This document shows, one piece after another, positions 47,401 through 63,089 of a DNA stretch of 64,000 nucleotides. A program made the translations under genes and the position numbers. This DNA is from Bugula neritina (lineage: Eukaryota; Animalia; Bryozoa). Each line of letters begins with the position of its first letter. The stretch's first letter is position 1. The stretch is taken from assembly GCA_964035545.1 (NCBI GenBank), contig OZ037765.1:2108001-2172000 (forward strand). The letters are read 5' to 3'. The notes below the pieces were generated by a model that made no database searches, was not told where the DNA came from, and was given only the letters and a program-made list of their open reading frames with translations.

Positions 47401-50400
47401 AGCCTATCCAAGAACTATTAGGGTGCCAGCACTATACAAATGATCTTTCATACAAAAGCAAACGTTTTTTGAAAGTATTATTAATACGTACATAACACTA
47501 AATATTTTTCTAGAGTATATGCACACATGTAGAGCTATGTTCGACGGAGACAAAATCAATACACCTTCAACATTCTAGTAATACGAGTATCCAAATAGTT
47601 TTTACACAAGAAATTAAAAACATAACAAAATGTTTAAAAGCTGAAGCAATCCTCTACAGCAATGTCAAGGTCATTACCTCTTCATCAGACATTTCTTCCT
47701 TCACTTTCTCCAGCTTGCCTCTGGCTACAATCTCATCCAGTACTTTGTGCTTGGCGTCCAGGGAGTCGAGGTGTGCCTTAGCCTCTAGCATCTTTCCCCT
47801 GATCTCTTCAAGTTCCGTCTTATTCTTCAGCTCGGCAATGCATGGAGAGCTCTGCCATTGGGCAATTCGGCCTGGCATGATGTCCACCAGACGCCTGTTA
47901 TATAACAAGATATTTGGAGAGCTGCTAGAAAACCTGGTATCTATTCTAGTAGCAAAGATTTCTTTGAAAGACATTTAAATATACATGATGCACATTTCTT
48001 TCTGTCATGCCAATTTGCTAACAACAAGCTGTAAAATGATACAAGAATTTGCCCAACACAACTAAGAAATGCTACAAACACCACTTTGTGTCAGAAATTT
48101 AGGAATTGCGCTCCACGGGAAAAACATTAGGAACAAAAAGCAATGACTTGCGATATTTTACGGTTTAATGCTGTTCTGTGTAAATAATTTTATAACGAAA
48201 GTTTCAACAGAAACACTGGGTACAATGTTGCAAGCAAAGTGAATGTGCAAATGATGAGAGAAGATTAGTAGGGAAACCCATTCACCAACTCACATTGCAC
48301 CCAGCTTCATGCCGCAGTCGTCTGAGCAGTACTTAGAGTCTGGGCGGGCAGAATTCACACAAGACGGACCAAAACACTGTCGGTCTACTTCCTTCATTGC
48401 AACTCTACCCGCACTGTTCTCATTCGTCTTCCTTCTAGTGTACTGATGGAGAGAGAGAAAGATTAATACACTACTTATCATAGATGAATCTTATTCATTC
48501 ACATCGCATCAAATAAACATCATCGCATCAACACATATAATTTATACAAACAGAGAAGTTCAATTACTGAGCTTAGGGTCCCAGGTCTATTTTCAATCAT
48601 CTTAAAGCACATCATAGCTATACAAAATCAACCAATCAACTGGAACTTGTTCCTTTATGTAGTCGCATTGGATAATTAGTTTGTAACTAGGTAGGAACAT
48701 GAAAACTAGCCTACATTTCCAACACTCTAATAATATAGAGTGCTCTTCTCAAAATTTCATTCAATGTTAGGAACTTGGCCCTTACTGGTTTGCGAGGTTT
48801 AGATTCTTTTGGCTCTTTGAAAGTCTTTGGTTTGGGTCCTCGTTTCTGCTTCTCTGGTTTTGGTGGCCTTGGAAACTTGGGTTTCCTGCCGGGTTTTCCC
48901 TTGACTGGAGCCGAGTAGGTTGTGGGAGTGGAAGGTGTGGGTGGTGTAGGTGAGGGTGTAGGTGTGGTAGGTCTATGTGGTGGGGGAGACATAGCAGGTG
49001 ACGGAGGGGCAGTGGGAGAAGGCGGGTCATCGTTGTTTGCCGAAGACCGCAAATCGTCAGGACGAATACCCTTGGGGAGAAATACAAGAGGCACAATTAC
49101 TCTAACCCTTAGATTCAGATACTGAATTCTGTACAGTTGATCATAACACGGAGAACTAAGTTAACATCCTGACAGGTTCAAAGCATCACAATGAGTAGAT
49201 AAGTAAAAAGCCATCATGGTAGAGCAAAGCATTAGACAATTGATGAGACTGAATGCTGATGTTTAACAAGAGAGAAACTAAGAAATTTATTTAAATTTCT
49301 ATCAATACTCTTCTAATTGTAGTGTATCTTTGAACATATTTGCAAGTAATACACACTTCAATGGAAGCATTTTCTTCCCACATATTTGCTGTGTTTGTGA
49401 TGCTCAGATATTTAAAAGGAAGTACTACAGCTGCACATAGACTACAAACACACTTACTAGTTCCTTGCATTGTCTCAGTCTGCACTTTTGGCGAATTCTA
49501 TTTGGTCCACCAAACTTTTTCATATCCTTAAAAAATAAAACTCTAATAAAGAAATCAATCTAAGGAGAGACAATTAGCATGTAATAAAACACAATCAAAA
49601 TCTGGCAAAAAGCAAATTAGGGACAATCCAATTTACCAGCCTTAGCAGCAAATAAGACTTCTTTTGTCAAAACAAAATGCAAAGATAGCGTCTGGAAAGG
49701 AAGAAAACTCCCAAATAGATTTACACCCACCTTGCAAAAGTCACACCGGCCGCAGTCTTCAATCCTCTCACAGTTTTCACAATTTCCACATTGTTTGTTG
49801 GCTATGCTCTTAGCTTTACCACTACCAAAGGACAACTTTGCCTGCAACAATAATATCTAACGGGTTAATAAAAGGGGATAGAAATCTGCAGCTAATAACT
49901 GAAAGTTGCAAAAATATGTTATCACCATTTCATTAAACTTAAAATGAGAGTGTGAAATATATAAAGACCTGCTTTGATGGAGGCTCGTCTGAGCGGTGGG
50001 AATGCTTCTCTTTCTTCTTCTTATATTTGATCTTAAGTTCAGGATTGTCGAGACGGCAAGCTGTACAGTAGTACCTCTTTATGTGCTTAGCTTTCTCCGG
50101 AGTTATTTTTATACACTTGCCGTGAAACCATTCCTCACATTTATCGCATGCTCTACAACCACCATTAAAACTTATATCTGGCCAAGTAAATTTTTGTACA
50201 ATCTGCTACAATTAGAACTTATAAGAAGAATTAAAGACAAAATTGTAAACACCAACTTTTTTGGCTGAATGCAATTAGCATCAATGAATACACTAAAACA
50301 GAGTTGAGCAATAAGAAATTGTAGTGAATTTATTTTAACCATAATCCAAAATTGAAAATATAACATAAATATACAATTAATATAATTGCTTAATTATGAC

Positions 50401-50477
50401 TCATTAGGCATTACTTACATCATAAAGGACTTGGAATCACGCGACCTGCATATACAGTACCTCTGCTTTTCACCCAT
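44461..50477 (-). CDS. CXXC1: CXXC finger protein 1 (CFP1, SET1/COMPASS subunit) with long S/T/P/V-rich C-terminal extension
   Basis: PHD finger ([21 protein letters not shown]), CXXC ([32 protein letters not shown]), [58 protein letters not shown]; about 11 exons, last 45705-44461. Confidence 0.95.
45764..45892. repeat. 16-bp AT-rich minisatellite, ~8 copies
   Basis: ataatataataatgaa units. Confidence 0.9.
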
Positions 50478-52420
50478 CTTCAGTTAAAGACCTAAAAGTA
50501 TATATTCTGTTGTTGTACAAGCAGAATAAAATTGTATCTTATGAAATCATACCACTGCAATATAAATTGTTAGTTAATTTTGAACCTAATTGATTGCAGT
50601 GAATTAGCACATCAATATCAATTAGGATATAAATTATTTATAAATTTTGCAAAGTATAGTAATATCAGGGAGAAGGTAAAAATACTTATCACATGCGTAA
50701 TACTAATAACTAATAAGTTAAAGAACAAAATTTTTTAGGTTTAATGCAACTCAATTTAAAATTTAATATGAATGGGCCAATAGAAATTGAAAGGGCATGG
50801 AAATGATAAGCATACTCGCGTTAACTGTGAACATAAACATAAGCATCAAGTGCAAAATTAAAATTAAAAAAAAAGATAAAGCAAATGACTCTGGGTATCA
50901 TTATCAGAATCATTGTTTATTACTATTAGTATCACCATAAGCTTCAAGGTAAAAATAGTATAATATTAATATCACACACTCAAACTTAAATTTAAACTCA
51001 GAACTGCAAATTGTTAAAATTCAAAGATTCAACCTTTGACTCACTCTAAGTTTGTACTTTCAGTTTTAGCATTTTGAGCATCAACATGAGCATACTCATA
51101 GTCATACTACATAATGCATAGCCATACTCATGTCAATTGTCATATCACTATCAGTGATAATCATAATCATAATGATATGCATACTCATACTGATACTGGT
51201 ACTCATAGTCATAACCTACATTTATAACTATAAGTAATACTATAACATTAACTAGAGAGTTGAACCCTCAAGAAATGAATTAAGGTATATTACTATTATT
51301 ATGTCAATAACAGTGAATGGGGCTACTTAGCTACTGCTAAACATTAACATAGCTAAAGCTCAACAAAGTCAAACTCAAAGTGAAAGTGAGTCGGGAGTTA
51401 TACTTATACTAATACTTATACTTTGATAGTTATAATTATAGTTTAAACTTTAAATTACTATTACTATTAGTATTAGTATTAGTATTACTATTAGTATTAT
51501 TATGAAATACAGCGAGTAATTGTATCACTAATATCAACAAAATTAACCATTCTTACTAGTAGTATTATAGCCACTGAACGTTATAAATAGCATTAGTATT
51601 TATAATATTATTATTAATTAAAATAAATACAATGATGATGATACCAGTACCAAAACCATTGGCAATAACAATTATTTTTTACAGGAAACGGGTTAGAGCA
51701 AACTTTAACGGCATAGCTATACGCACGAGAATAAACAATTAAAAAAATTCTGATAACAATAATTAGGCAGATTATTGTATTTTATTAATTATTTAAAGTT
51801 GAAAAACAATTAAAATAATTTGAATTGATCAGTGCTAAAGTTATTATTTGATCACTTTACGAATTTGCAGACGAGTTGTAGGGGTAGCTTTCAACGTTAT
51901 CTGCTCCTTATAACTAAACTCAACGAAGTGGTCATCAATAAAGTTTAACAAAATAATTATGCTTGTATAATGAGAGATTGTGGAAGCATGATGTGTTTAT
52001 ACACCATGGTATGTATAACAACAAATAATATGTTATTTCCTTAATTTATTAAGTTTTGGTCTACATGCTGCTTTGGTTAATTTTATTACCTTCTGGTAAC
52101 CTATCTCATACAAATGATCTCATACAAATGAAAATAAACAGTGGACATCGAACATAATACACCAATGAAACTTCACTGCTAATTAACATATCATGGTCGT
52201 GCCTTTTTGTTTCTCATCACATTTTACCTGCAGAGACTAGTGTATGTTAATGAAAGAGTAGTGCATTTATAGTTGTACTATAATATAGCCTATAATCTTG
52301 TGAGCTTTTCTTAACCGTCTATTACTGCACTATAATTTATAACATTATATATTACTTATTTTCACATATCAACATTTTATTTAAAATTGATAATAATGAA
52401 TTAACAGAGCAACTGAGAAA

Positions 52421-53783
<1,363 letters not shown>

Positions 53784-55090
53784 ATTAGAAAAACAGTACA
53801 ACTTTTAATCCGATGCAAATCACAACTTTTACTTTCACAAATAAAATGAGTTCCTTTAAGGCTGACATAAGGTTATTCGATTGTTGGTAGAGCATCATTA
53901 CATTATATATTATTAGAAGACAATGCACAAGCTAGTATAATATTATTATAATTACACTTATTAAAGTGTAAAGTGATTGTATAAACATAATGGTCATATT
54001 ATGCAGCTAGGCCATTGCCGTTCATATGTTGTAATATAAGAGGAAATAATATAATAATAAAATAAAGTTAATTTGATTTGTTTGAAAAAAGGTGATATAT
54101 GACTTGGGTTAAGATGATTCCCAATAATGGAAAGTTCAGAGAGTAAATATATAAAAGTAAAGTCTCACATACTGAAAGCATATACTAGCCGGTGATTTAG
54201 AGTGAAAATGTCCGCAAAGAGTATATATAAAATAAGAGTTTGTAGATTAGCACTTTAATATCATTGTATAAAATAATAGAAAATATACTTGATAATATTT
54301 ATAGAAGACAAATAAACTGCTTTTATGCAACAATAATGATCAGAAAGTAGTTTCATTTTTGTATACAAGTATAAAGTGGGTTGAATGACTTTAGAGTGAA
54401 TAGAAGTAATTTCATTTTCAGTTTCTAGGCTATGCACTAACAGCTAATTTAAAAATTTGCTTTTTCAAGTTCTATTTTTGCTAACGGAATCAAAGAAGTC
54501 ATGTGACCATGATTGTAAACCTTTTTTATACTACTGTAGGAGATGCTTATCCCTCAAAAAAATTTTCTGCCGCTGTATCTGATGTTGCAATATAAAATAT
54601 TATACGACTAATGAACTGAAATACAATCAGATTATATCAACAAAACCATATTAAAAATAAGCATTTTCCGAAAATAAACTGTTTTATTGCTATTATTATC
54701 ACAAAATATAAACGTTGCAAATGATGGGCAGTAGATAGAAAATGCTGAAAAATAGAAAAAGAACAGGTATATTCCAAGAACCACACTGAATATGCAATTA
54801 GACACTCCACGTAGTAAGAGCATACATTATTGTAGGAAATCCATCCATAGTCAAATTACAATCACAAAACATACATGTGCACTAATATTTATATTTTATG
54901 TTTCGTATTTTATAACTTTGAAATTATCACAAAACAAATGCACAATGCTTATTAAAAATATATTAATTTAAGTTATGTAGTAGTCAAAGAGAAAACAATG
55001 ATCATATTAGAAAAATAAATTGCATTCGCAAAGTTGGACATGGAAAGTAGTTGCAGAATGTGTTTAGGTCACAGAAGATGTGAATTCAGT

Positions 55091-58000
55091 CTAAACCATG
55101 TCTCGTCCCTGCAAACAAAAACATAATATAAATATCAGAATAAATACAATTTTTAGTTTTACACAAAACACAGCTTTAAATAATCCTTTCGTAAAAAAGA
55201 AAGTTTCTAACATCTTTATCTTATTCAACTAAACACACAGAAACACAATATAAATCTACGAAAGTGCTCAGCATAATTGCAATTTCTAATTATTGTACAC
55301 AAAACACAGCTTTAATTCATTCTTTTGTAAATTAGGTCGAACAAAAAGTTTCTCAATTTTATCTTAAGTTATCTTAGTAAACTATATTGAAGAATATGCT
55401 ACAAAACATAGCATATTTTATTGTTTTTATAAAAAAAGTTCGGTACCAATTTTGGTTTTATTGAGAATGAAAATGAAAAGCTATGAGAAGAGAAGTAGAC
55501 TGTGATCTCACTACCTTGGAGTTGCTAGTGGGGCTCCTCACCATACTCATCCCAGACATTGGTCTGCCAGAGGAAGTTCCTAAGTCCGAGGAGCTGGAGT
55601 TCATGGCGTCTTCATCCCACCTGGCCAACTCATCTGCCACCAGGTTCTCCATCTGGTTCTTTCTGTCTTCATCAGTCAGCTCATCACCGCCACCCTGTAT
55701 AAAACACATGTCTCTATTTGAACCTAAGTCTACCCTGCTAAATGCGGGCTGTCTTTTCATACAACCTTGCAGAGTGTAGTAGAACCCGGTGATGCAAATA
55801 ATTGATAATGCTATATTTATCTATTTATCTATCTATCTGACATAATAGTCAGCAATGAAATAATCACTGTGACATTGAAAACTATATACATATTTATAGC
55901 CAATAAAATCCTTTAAAACACTGCATTTAGTTTATGATCTTATTTCATTGCAATCATCCCTATAAACACAATATTGAACCTAACTTAGATAGAGAGTAAA
56001 AGTTTCAACACTTGCTATAAAGCTTCTAAAAAAATTCATTGTGTCATTCAACCTGAAATTTTTAATTTCAACAACTCAACTGAAATTACCAGAATAGTTC
56101 ATGTCAATAATTTCAGCTATTCAAGTCACATACTTATATACACTCAATGTCTGATGTGACTTAATATGAACTAAAGCTACAGAGTCACTAAGTCAGGGCG
56201 TCAAACGGACTAACCTCAATAATTGTATCCAAAAGTTTGCTCATTGTCTCTCGCCTTCTTGCCTTTGCCTTCTCCATTGTGTCTAGTTTAATTAGGACAG
56301 CGTCTATCTTGGATACAATGCTGCCGATAGAATGCTCCATCCTGTCAACTCTCCTGGCTAGGACAGCGTATTCTTCGTATGGAACTCCGTCATCAACTAT
56401 ACCTCTGGTGTTTCCACTCTCATCATCACTATCCTGTTAACAGTGAGTCACACGTAGCGTAAACTAGGTAGCGAAAATAGGTCATTAACCACCAGGGTCA
56501 CATGATATAAACATAAGTCACATAGTCTATAAATTGGGTCATATAGTGTGTAGCAGATCAGATAATTTACAAAATGTGTTTTTAAGTTACTTCTTCCCTA
56601 TTTTTGTAGAACGTGGCTGAAGCATTAGTCCACACACTTATGTGATGAAGCAAAATAATTTCTAACAAGCATTTTGCATGTCTTATTTTTGGCTAAAGCA
56701 AAACAATAAGTGACATTTTAAAACACTACACATAATTCATAGAACTTAATGACTTGAAATAACAACTGTAAGACAGTCTAAACTCCAAAGCATTGAGTTC
56801 AGTAGTGTTGGTTATGACCTTACCAGGAGGTCAGCTAATGCAGCCGGCGTTTCCCCGTCTTTAGCGTCTTGAGCTATCTTTGCATACTCCTGATTTAGAG
56901 AGTCCTTCTGCTTCAGCAAGTCTTCAGCTAGGTGGCGCTGTTCTTCAGGGTCAAGGATTCTGTCCCCGTCTGTGTCGTACTTGGCAAACATAGCCTCGAT
57001 TTCAGTGTCGCCATAACCTTTCCTGAAAAGAGTGAGAGTTTTGGGTTCATGGTTTGTTATACTAGTTCATCCGACTTGTTCACTTTATCATTTTGAAACA
57101 CCAAAAAATTGATAAATAGATCCATTAAATTTTTAGTAAAAGGTTAAAATTAAATAAAATTGCAGATACATATTGAAAAAAGAATCAAACTTAAACTAAC
57201 TTTTTAAGGTCATTCCTCCACTCTGAAAACTCGAGATGATTGTCACCATTGGCATCAGCTCCAGCCAAGGTCAGCTGAATGTCAGTGAGTTTGTCTTTCT
57301 TGAAGTTTAGTTTATCCATCATCTTCTCATAGCCCTGCAACATACACACGGCATGAAGTAATGTAGTCTGAGAGCACCAAAAACATAACTTTGTACACAC
57401 TACATATAGTTATAGAAGATATTATACAGCTGCTCTATTGAAGTACAAAACAGCTGTTACCACAGCTACTAACACTATTAGTGCAACTAGTAGTATTAGT
57501 TGTACTAATACTATTAGTGCAACTAGTAAAACTAATACTATTAGAGCAACTAAAAGTGCTAGTACTACTAGTGCACCTACTAACACTATTACTACTACTA
57601 GTACAATGAATACCACTATTACTATTACTAGTAAACTACTACTACTAACCTTCTTGAAGTAGTCTCCAACTTCAAAGTCATTTTCCTGCAGAGTCTCATC
57701 ACCTTTGACCTCTGAGTACGTGTCGTTGATGATGGCGAGGAACATGTTGAGTAGCACGAAGAAGATGAGAAACACGTAGAGGAAGAAGTAGGCGGTACCG
57801 AAGAATAGGTGAGCTCTCTGTAAGGCGTAGAAGTCAAAGTCTCCGAGGATGATTCGGAACAGAGTAAAGCTGAAGAAAAATTAAATTACACATTAGAACT
57901 CAAAGGCTAGACAATAAGTTTCACACTAAAATACACAACCACACATGTACTTAATCTGTGTCATCACTTTAAACTAAATTAAGAGTGTTCAAGTCTTCAA

Positions 58001-61000
58001 AAGCATAAAATGAAAGTGTAAAAATTTGTTCAATATTCTCTGAAAATGAATAAAACTAAAATTGGTATCCTCTAAGAACTTTGGGAGTCAAAATAAGAAA
58101 ATGAAAAATAAATGAAGAGCAAGTTATATTTCTTATAAAATTATAAAGTAGCTGAAAAAACAGAAGGCATAATATATTCAATCTACAGTCCAACAAAGAA
58201 CTTACACCGTGTTCCACACAAAACTTACATTGTGTTCCACACGGTACTGAAATCTTTAATCTCAGTTCCAAATAGCAGGTTGCCGAACTGAGCGAAGGAG
58301 ATGAGCATGATCATGAACATGACGGTGAAACCCAGGAGGTCCTTTCGGCAGCGAGACAGCGTGACGGAGAGCTGAGTCATGGTCTTGTTGAAACTGATGT
58401 ACTTGAACATCTAAATCATCATAAATAGATAAGTATAACATTTTATGCTACACTACAACTTGTACAACGTAATAATATATGATAGAAGTTTACTATTACT
58501 TAGTTTTCTTATATATTTATATATTTATACAACACAACATAGTAAGCATTGTAAAATAAAAAAAAAATACAGCTTTTAGGCTCAGCTTCTTCTCTAGTGA
58601 GTGAACATTTTTTATATTTTCAACCCAATATATAATATATTATATTATATATCATGTTGGAGTTGTCAATATATCAACATTATAAAAAATTCAGACTTAT
58701 CGACTAATTATTTGACTAGTCAATCTCTTGGACTAAACACTGTTACCCATCATAATATCTGGCCAAAAATTAACAACTATAACTTAGAAATTATCAATTA
58801 TTTATAAAATAACTTTACATAGCAATAAGAGCTCATTGCAAAACAAAAGCTATTTGATATATTTTTACAGAATTATAACAATATGCAGTACTATTGAGAG
58901 TAAGAATGTGCACCTTAATCCAGGCAAAGAAGACAGCGACAGCGATCTGATTGTTGAACTGACTCTGCCAGTAAGCCAAGTACTCGAAGTCAGCGTGCTC
59001 ATCTGGCTGCTTCAGCAGCTGATCCAACTTCCTGTTCACCTCCACAGTACGATATACGGAGAAGGCTATACATACACATGATACGGCCAGCACAAATATG
59101 TCTAGAACATTCCAGAACTCCGTGAAGTATTTCAACTTGTGCTCCTTGATCTACAAGTGATAAGTTAAAAGTGATAAAGAGGGAACCTAAGAATGTCTAA
59201 AAAAGTTTATATGAGCTTTTCTAAAATACACAAAACCCTACTAATTGTTTATAAAGTTCATTTGCATGCCATTATATAGATAAGATATCTTTAGTCGACA
59301 TGTAAAATCTGTTTCAATCAAAATCTCAGATTTAAAACTTATTCAGCTAGAATCAGAGTTGTCATACCATTTACTTCTCACTCACCTCAATGATCTCTTC
59401 AATGCTGTAGTAAATGATGAAGAGGACAAACAGACATTCACAAGCCATGATGACATAGTCGAGAGCCGAGACGTATCTTATCAGTTTGACGGTACGGAAG
59501 GCAGATGCGGCCATCGCGCCACCAGTGGCTGGGAATTCCATAGTCAGTCTACGCAGAAGCAAAAGGTGTTAGAGATGATACAAAATATATAATAATATAA
59601 TAAGATATATAATATATAACCATATAATAAAATATATAATATACAACCATATATACAATAATAAAATAAAATGTCTACTATATAACAAACTAAACAAGGC
59701 ACTTTGATTACATTTCTTGTCTTATATTTTCATTGAAAATACAATTAATTTTCAATCATTAATTTGAGCTGAGCAACTACTTTTCTTACCTCACGACACA
59801 GAACAAGTTGATGTTGGCGTTATAAACAGTGAAATCAACAAACACAGCCCTCGTTGCCCTATCAATCCACAGTTTGCTCTTCAAGTCTTCAATGATGGCC
59901 AAACTCTCGCTCTTCTTCTTACCCAGATTCCTCACGAAACCGCCTCCGTTGTACGTGGCCAGAATACCTGGATGTTTGGAGCCGTCAATCTCTTCAGAGG
60001 TTGAGAAAGTCCACCTGAAAGTCGTTAGTGGAGATAAGATACACCAGGCTTTTATTATCAACATAAAAACCATATATGGTATATAAAGTAATAATTATAA
60101 TATACATAATCATAAATTCACAGCAGAATTATTGTAAACATTACCATTATCAATTTATCTACCTACTATTTGTGACACCTAATAGACTGACACCCCTTGA
60201 CACCTCACCAAGCAAAATTAGAAGGTGTCAGCAAAAACTACATTCACTCAAACTGGCTGCAGAAGAACGAATAAGCTAAAAGTGAATCTTTATCCTATGC
60301 TAAGCAATCGCTTATACCTTTACACAATCAAACCAAAGTTTGCTATACAGTATACCAGTTTACTATATGCACCACACAGTATTCTACTCACCCTGTGGAG
60401 TTTTCTCCCTCTGGGCCAAAAGTTCCCTTAAACTCGTTATACCCCTTGTAAGGGCCATAGCAGCCCTTCAACTGATTCTCAAAGTTAGCGTCGATGGTGC
60501 ACGTGTTATTCTTTACTCTCACCTTCAGAGAAACGTTAGTTTATAAACCCAACAGTGGAAATTACAAGTCACTATATTTACACAAGTCATCTATACTATA
60601 CTCTCACTTAGTAGTTACTCTACCACTAAATACTACATGAGTCATTGTATGAAGTTATTCGGTGCAACTGTTTAAAACGATTGACTTTTAAAATCCACAA
60701 CTATTTGCATCACTATAATTACACTATAGTATAACTATTTTAATACTCATGAGTCAACTAACTGATACCTAGAGTCTACTAACATAATAAATACTTAAAC
60801 CAACTCATGGAAACCCTTCAGTCACATGTCACATAAACCATAAACTGTGTAGCTCAAGTTCTAGCATCATTCTAATGAGGGAGGGTAAGTCAAGCCCCTA
60901 CCTGTCTTAGCCGAGGTAGACCGAGCAGCTTGCTCTCATAATAGATGTAGCCTCTCTCATCTTCCGTCAGGTTTCTGCTGTTGTACCACGTCTCCCAGTA

Positions 61001-63089
61001 CAGGCCATCGACCAGAGGCTTCTCAGCAAACTGTAGAACACAGGCTACATATAGCTGAGTGTAGAACACAGGCTACATATAGCTGAGTGTAGAACACAGG
61101 CTACATACAGCTGAGTGTAGAACACAGGCTACATTCAGAAAAGACTAAAATAAATGCTACATTCAATAAAGGCATACAGTTAGCTCCTGAATTCATAGCT
61201 ACAGAACCATCAAACAATCGTAAGGTAGGGGGAGGCAACTCACCCTCCAGAAGTCAAAGGGGTGGTTGATTCCTCGGAAGGTGTTCTTGTTCTCAAAGGG
61301 GGCGTCAAGGAAGAGTTCACTCATTACTTTTGTGTAGTAGAACATGGTGGATGATGTCATACCAAACGTCACTGGGAAAGGGAAATATTAGATTAATACA
61401 CTCTGGAATTATTGAAATAACAAACCTACTCAATATATTACAAGACATTGATATGATCTACCATTATGTCCTTACATAAGGATACATCCATTAAAGTGTA
61501 GAACATTGGTCCTAAGCAACAATATATTATAGTATTATATTGTAATATAAGATAATAGCTTTAAATTACCAACTTATAGTATAATTCAGGGCATACTATA
61601 ATACACAAAGCAATAACTTGTAAGATAATATAATAACTTAAAATAAAAAATAATATAATTTGGTGTTAGAAAAGATAACATAAAGATATATAAATACAAA
61701 CATGTTTTCAGAATAGATGACACAGTATAACGCAGTATGACACAGTATGACACAGTATGACACAGTATGACACACAGTATGACACACAGTATGACACAGT
61801 ATGACACACAGTATGACGCACTCACATGCACAGAGGACGGCAAGAAAGAGCAGGTAGATAACAAGTTCTCTCAAGGTTGTCTTGATATACAGCTCCTTGT
61901 CTTCCTTAGTGTCTACAGTGTGTCGAGTCGACCACATGGCTGAAACAGAGTTGAACAGCATTGAGGACCCAGTTCTTGCATTTGAACAGATGTAAGACAA
62001 TTACAGGGGTATATTAGGAACATCATGGAGCATGATGATACATTAGGAAGAGGTTTTAAACTACGAAAAAGCAGCCAGAAGAATTAGCTGTAAAAGCAAA
62101 AGAAAACCTGAATGAGTCCTGACTCTACTTGTTAAAAGCCAATTGTCACTTTTCATATCATTAGATAACTTAAGAATTACAAGCTATGACCAACATGGAA
62201 TATTCTAGAACGAATGAAGGCATTTAAAAAAAATCATAAATGTATCAGTTTACTTTACTTTCTACATAAGGTAGCTCATGTTGCTGCTTATTCGCATTAT
62301 TAAGCAAATATGCAGCTCTATGCATTAGAAGTTAACATGACAACTGAAACTTGTTAGTATTTTGGGCACTGAGAACTCAGTATTTTTCAGCTATTTGAAG
62401 CCACAGGTTGTATCATTTACAGATTCTCTCTATCACCTTGAATGGTATGTCTAAGCATATGCGTTCATCAGCTGTAGAACCTTTGACATCAAAAATGTGG
62501 TAGGTAAATCAATACAGGCTTATAAATTATTCATAAAGAATGACGTAAGGCAAAAAGGAATAATGTTGGAATAAAATCAATAGAACCCAAGTATATTGCT
62601 GATCTAAACGCAGGTCAAATCTGCAGTCGTATCAGTATATTTTATGCTCATAAATTAACTTTAAAAGAAATACACAGAATTTTGGTCTTAATAAATGTGT
62701 TATTCACCGTATTATACTCACACAGTACATATTATACATAGTATACATTATGCATAGTATATACTCACATAGTATATATTATACACAGTATATATTGTAC
62801 ATAGTATATATTATACACTGTATATACTGATATACTCACACAGTACTATATATTATACACTGTATATACTCACACAGTATATACTATACACAGTATAATA
62901 TGCTCACACTGTATATATTGTACACTGTATATACTTATACTGTATATACTACACACAGTATACTATACTCACACTTGATGCCTTCAGTAAACTTATACCA
63001 GCAGCTGTCATTTCCTTCCTCCACCTGACGAACTTTCTTAGCTGACCCTGACCTGCTGCCTGAGCCATTGTCAAACCCTCCGTCTAACG
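55091..63089 (-). CDS. PKD2: Polycystin-2 (TRPP channel), 5'-partial
   Basis: Exons encode [111 protein letters not shown]-hands and [20 protein letters not shown]; last exon 55108-55091; first exon lies beyond 64000. Confidence 0.95.
57460..57648. repeat. ACT-rich degenerate tandem repeat next to a PKD2 donor
   Basis: actaatactattagtgcaactagt-like iterations. Confidence 0.8.
61032..61134. repeat. 28-bp tandem repeat, ~3.7 copies, at a PKD2 acceptor
   Basis: tgtagaacacaggctacatatagctgag units. Confidence 0.9.
61716..61822. repeat. 10/12-bp tandem repeat at a PKD2 donor
   Basis: gacacagtat / gacacacagtat units. Confidence 0.9.
62712..62970. repeat. Degenerate ~16-18-bp tandem repeat at a PKD2 donor
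   Basis: tatactcacacagtata-like units. Confidence 0.8.
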
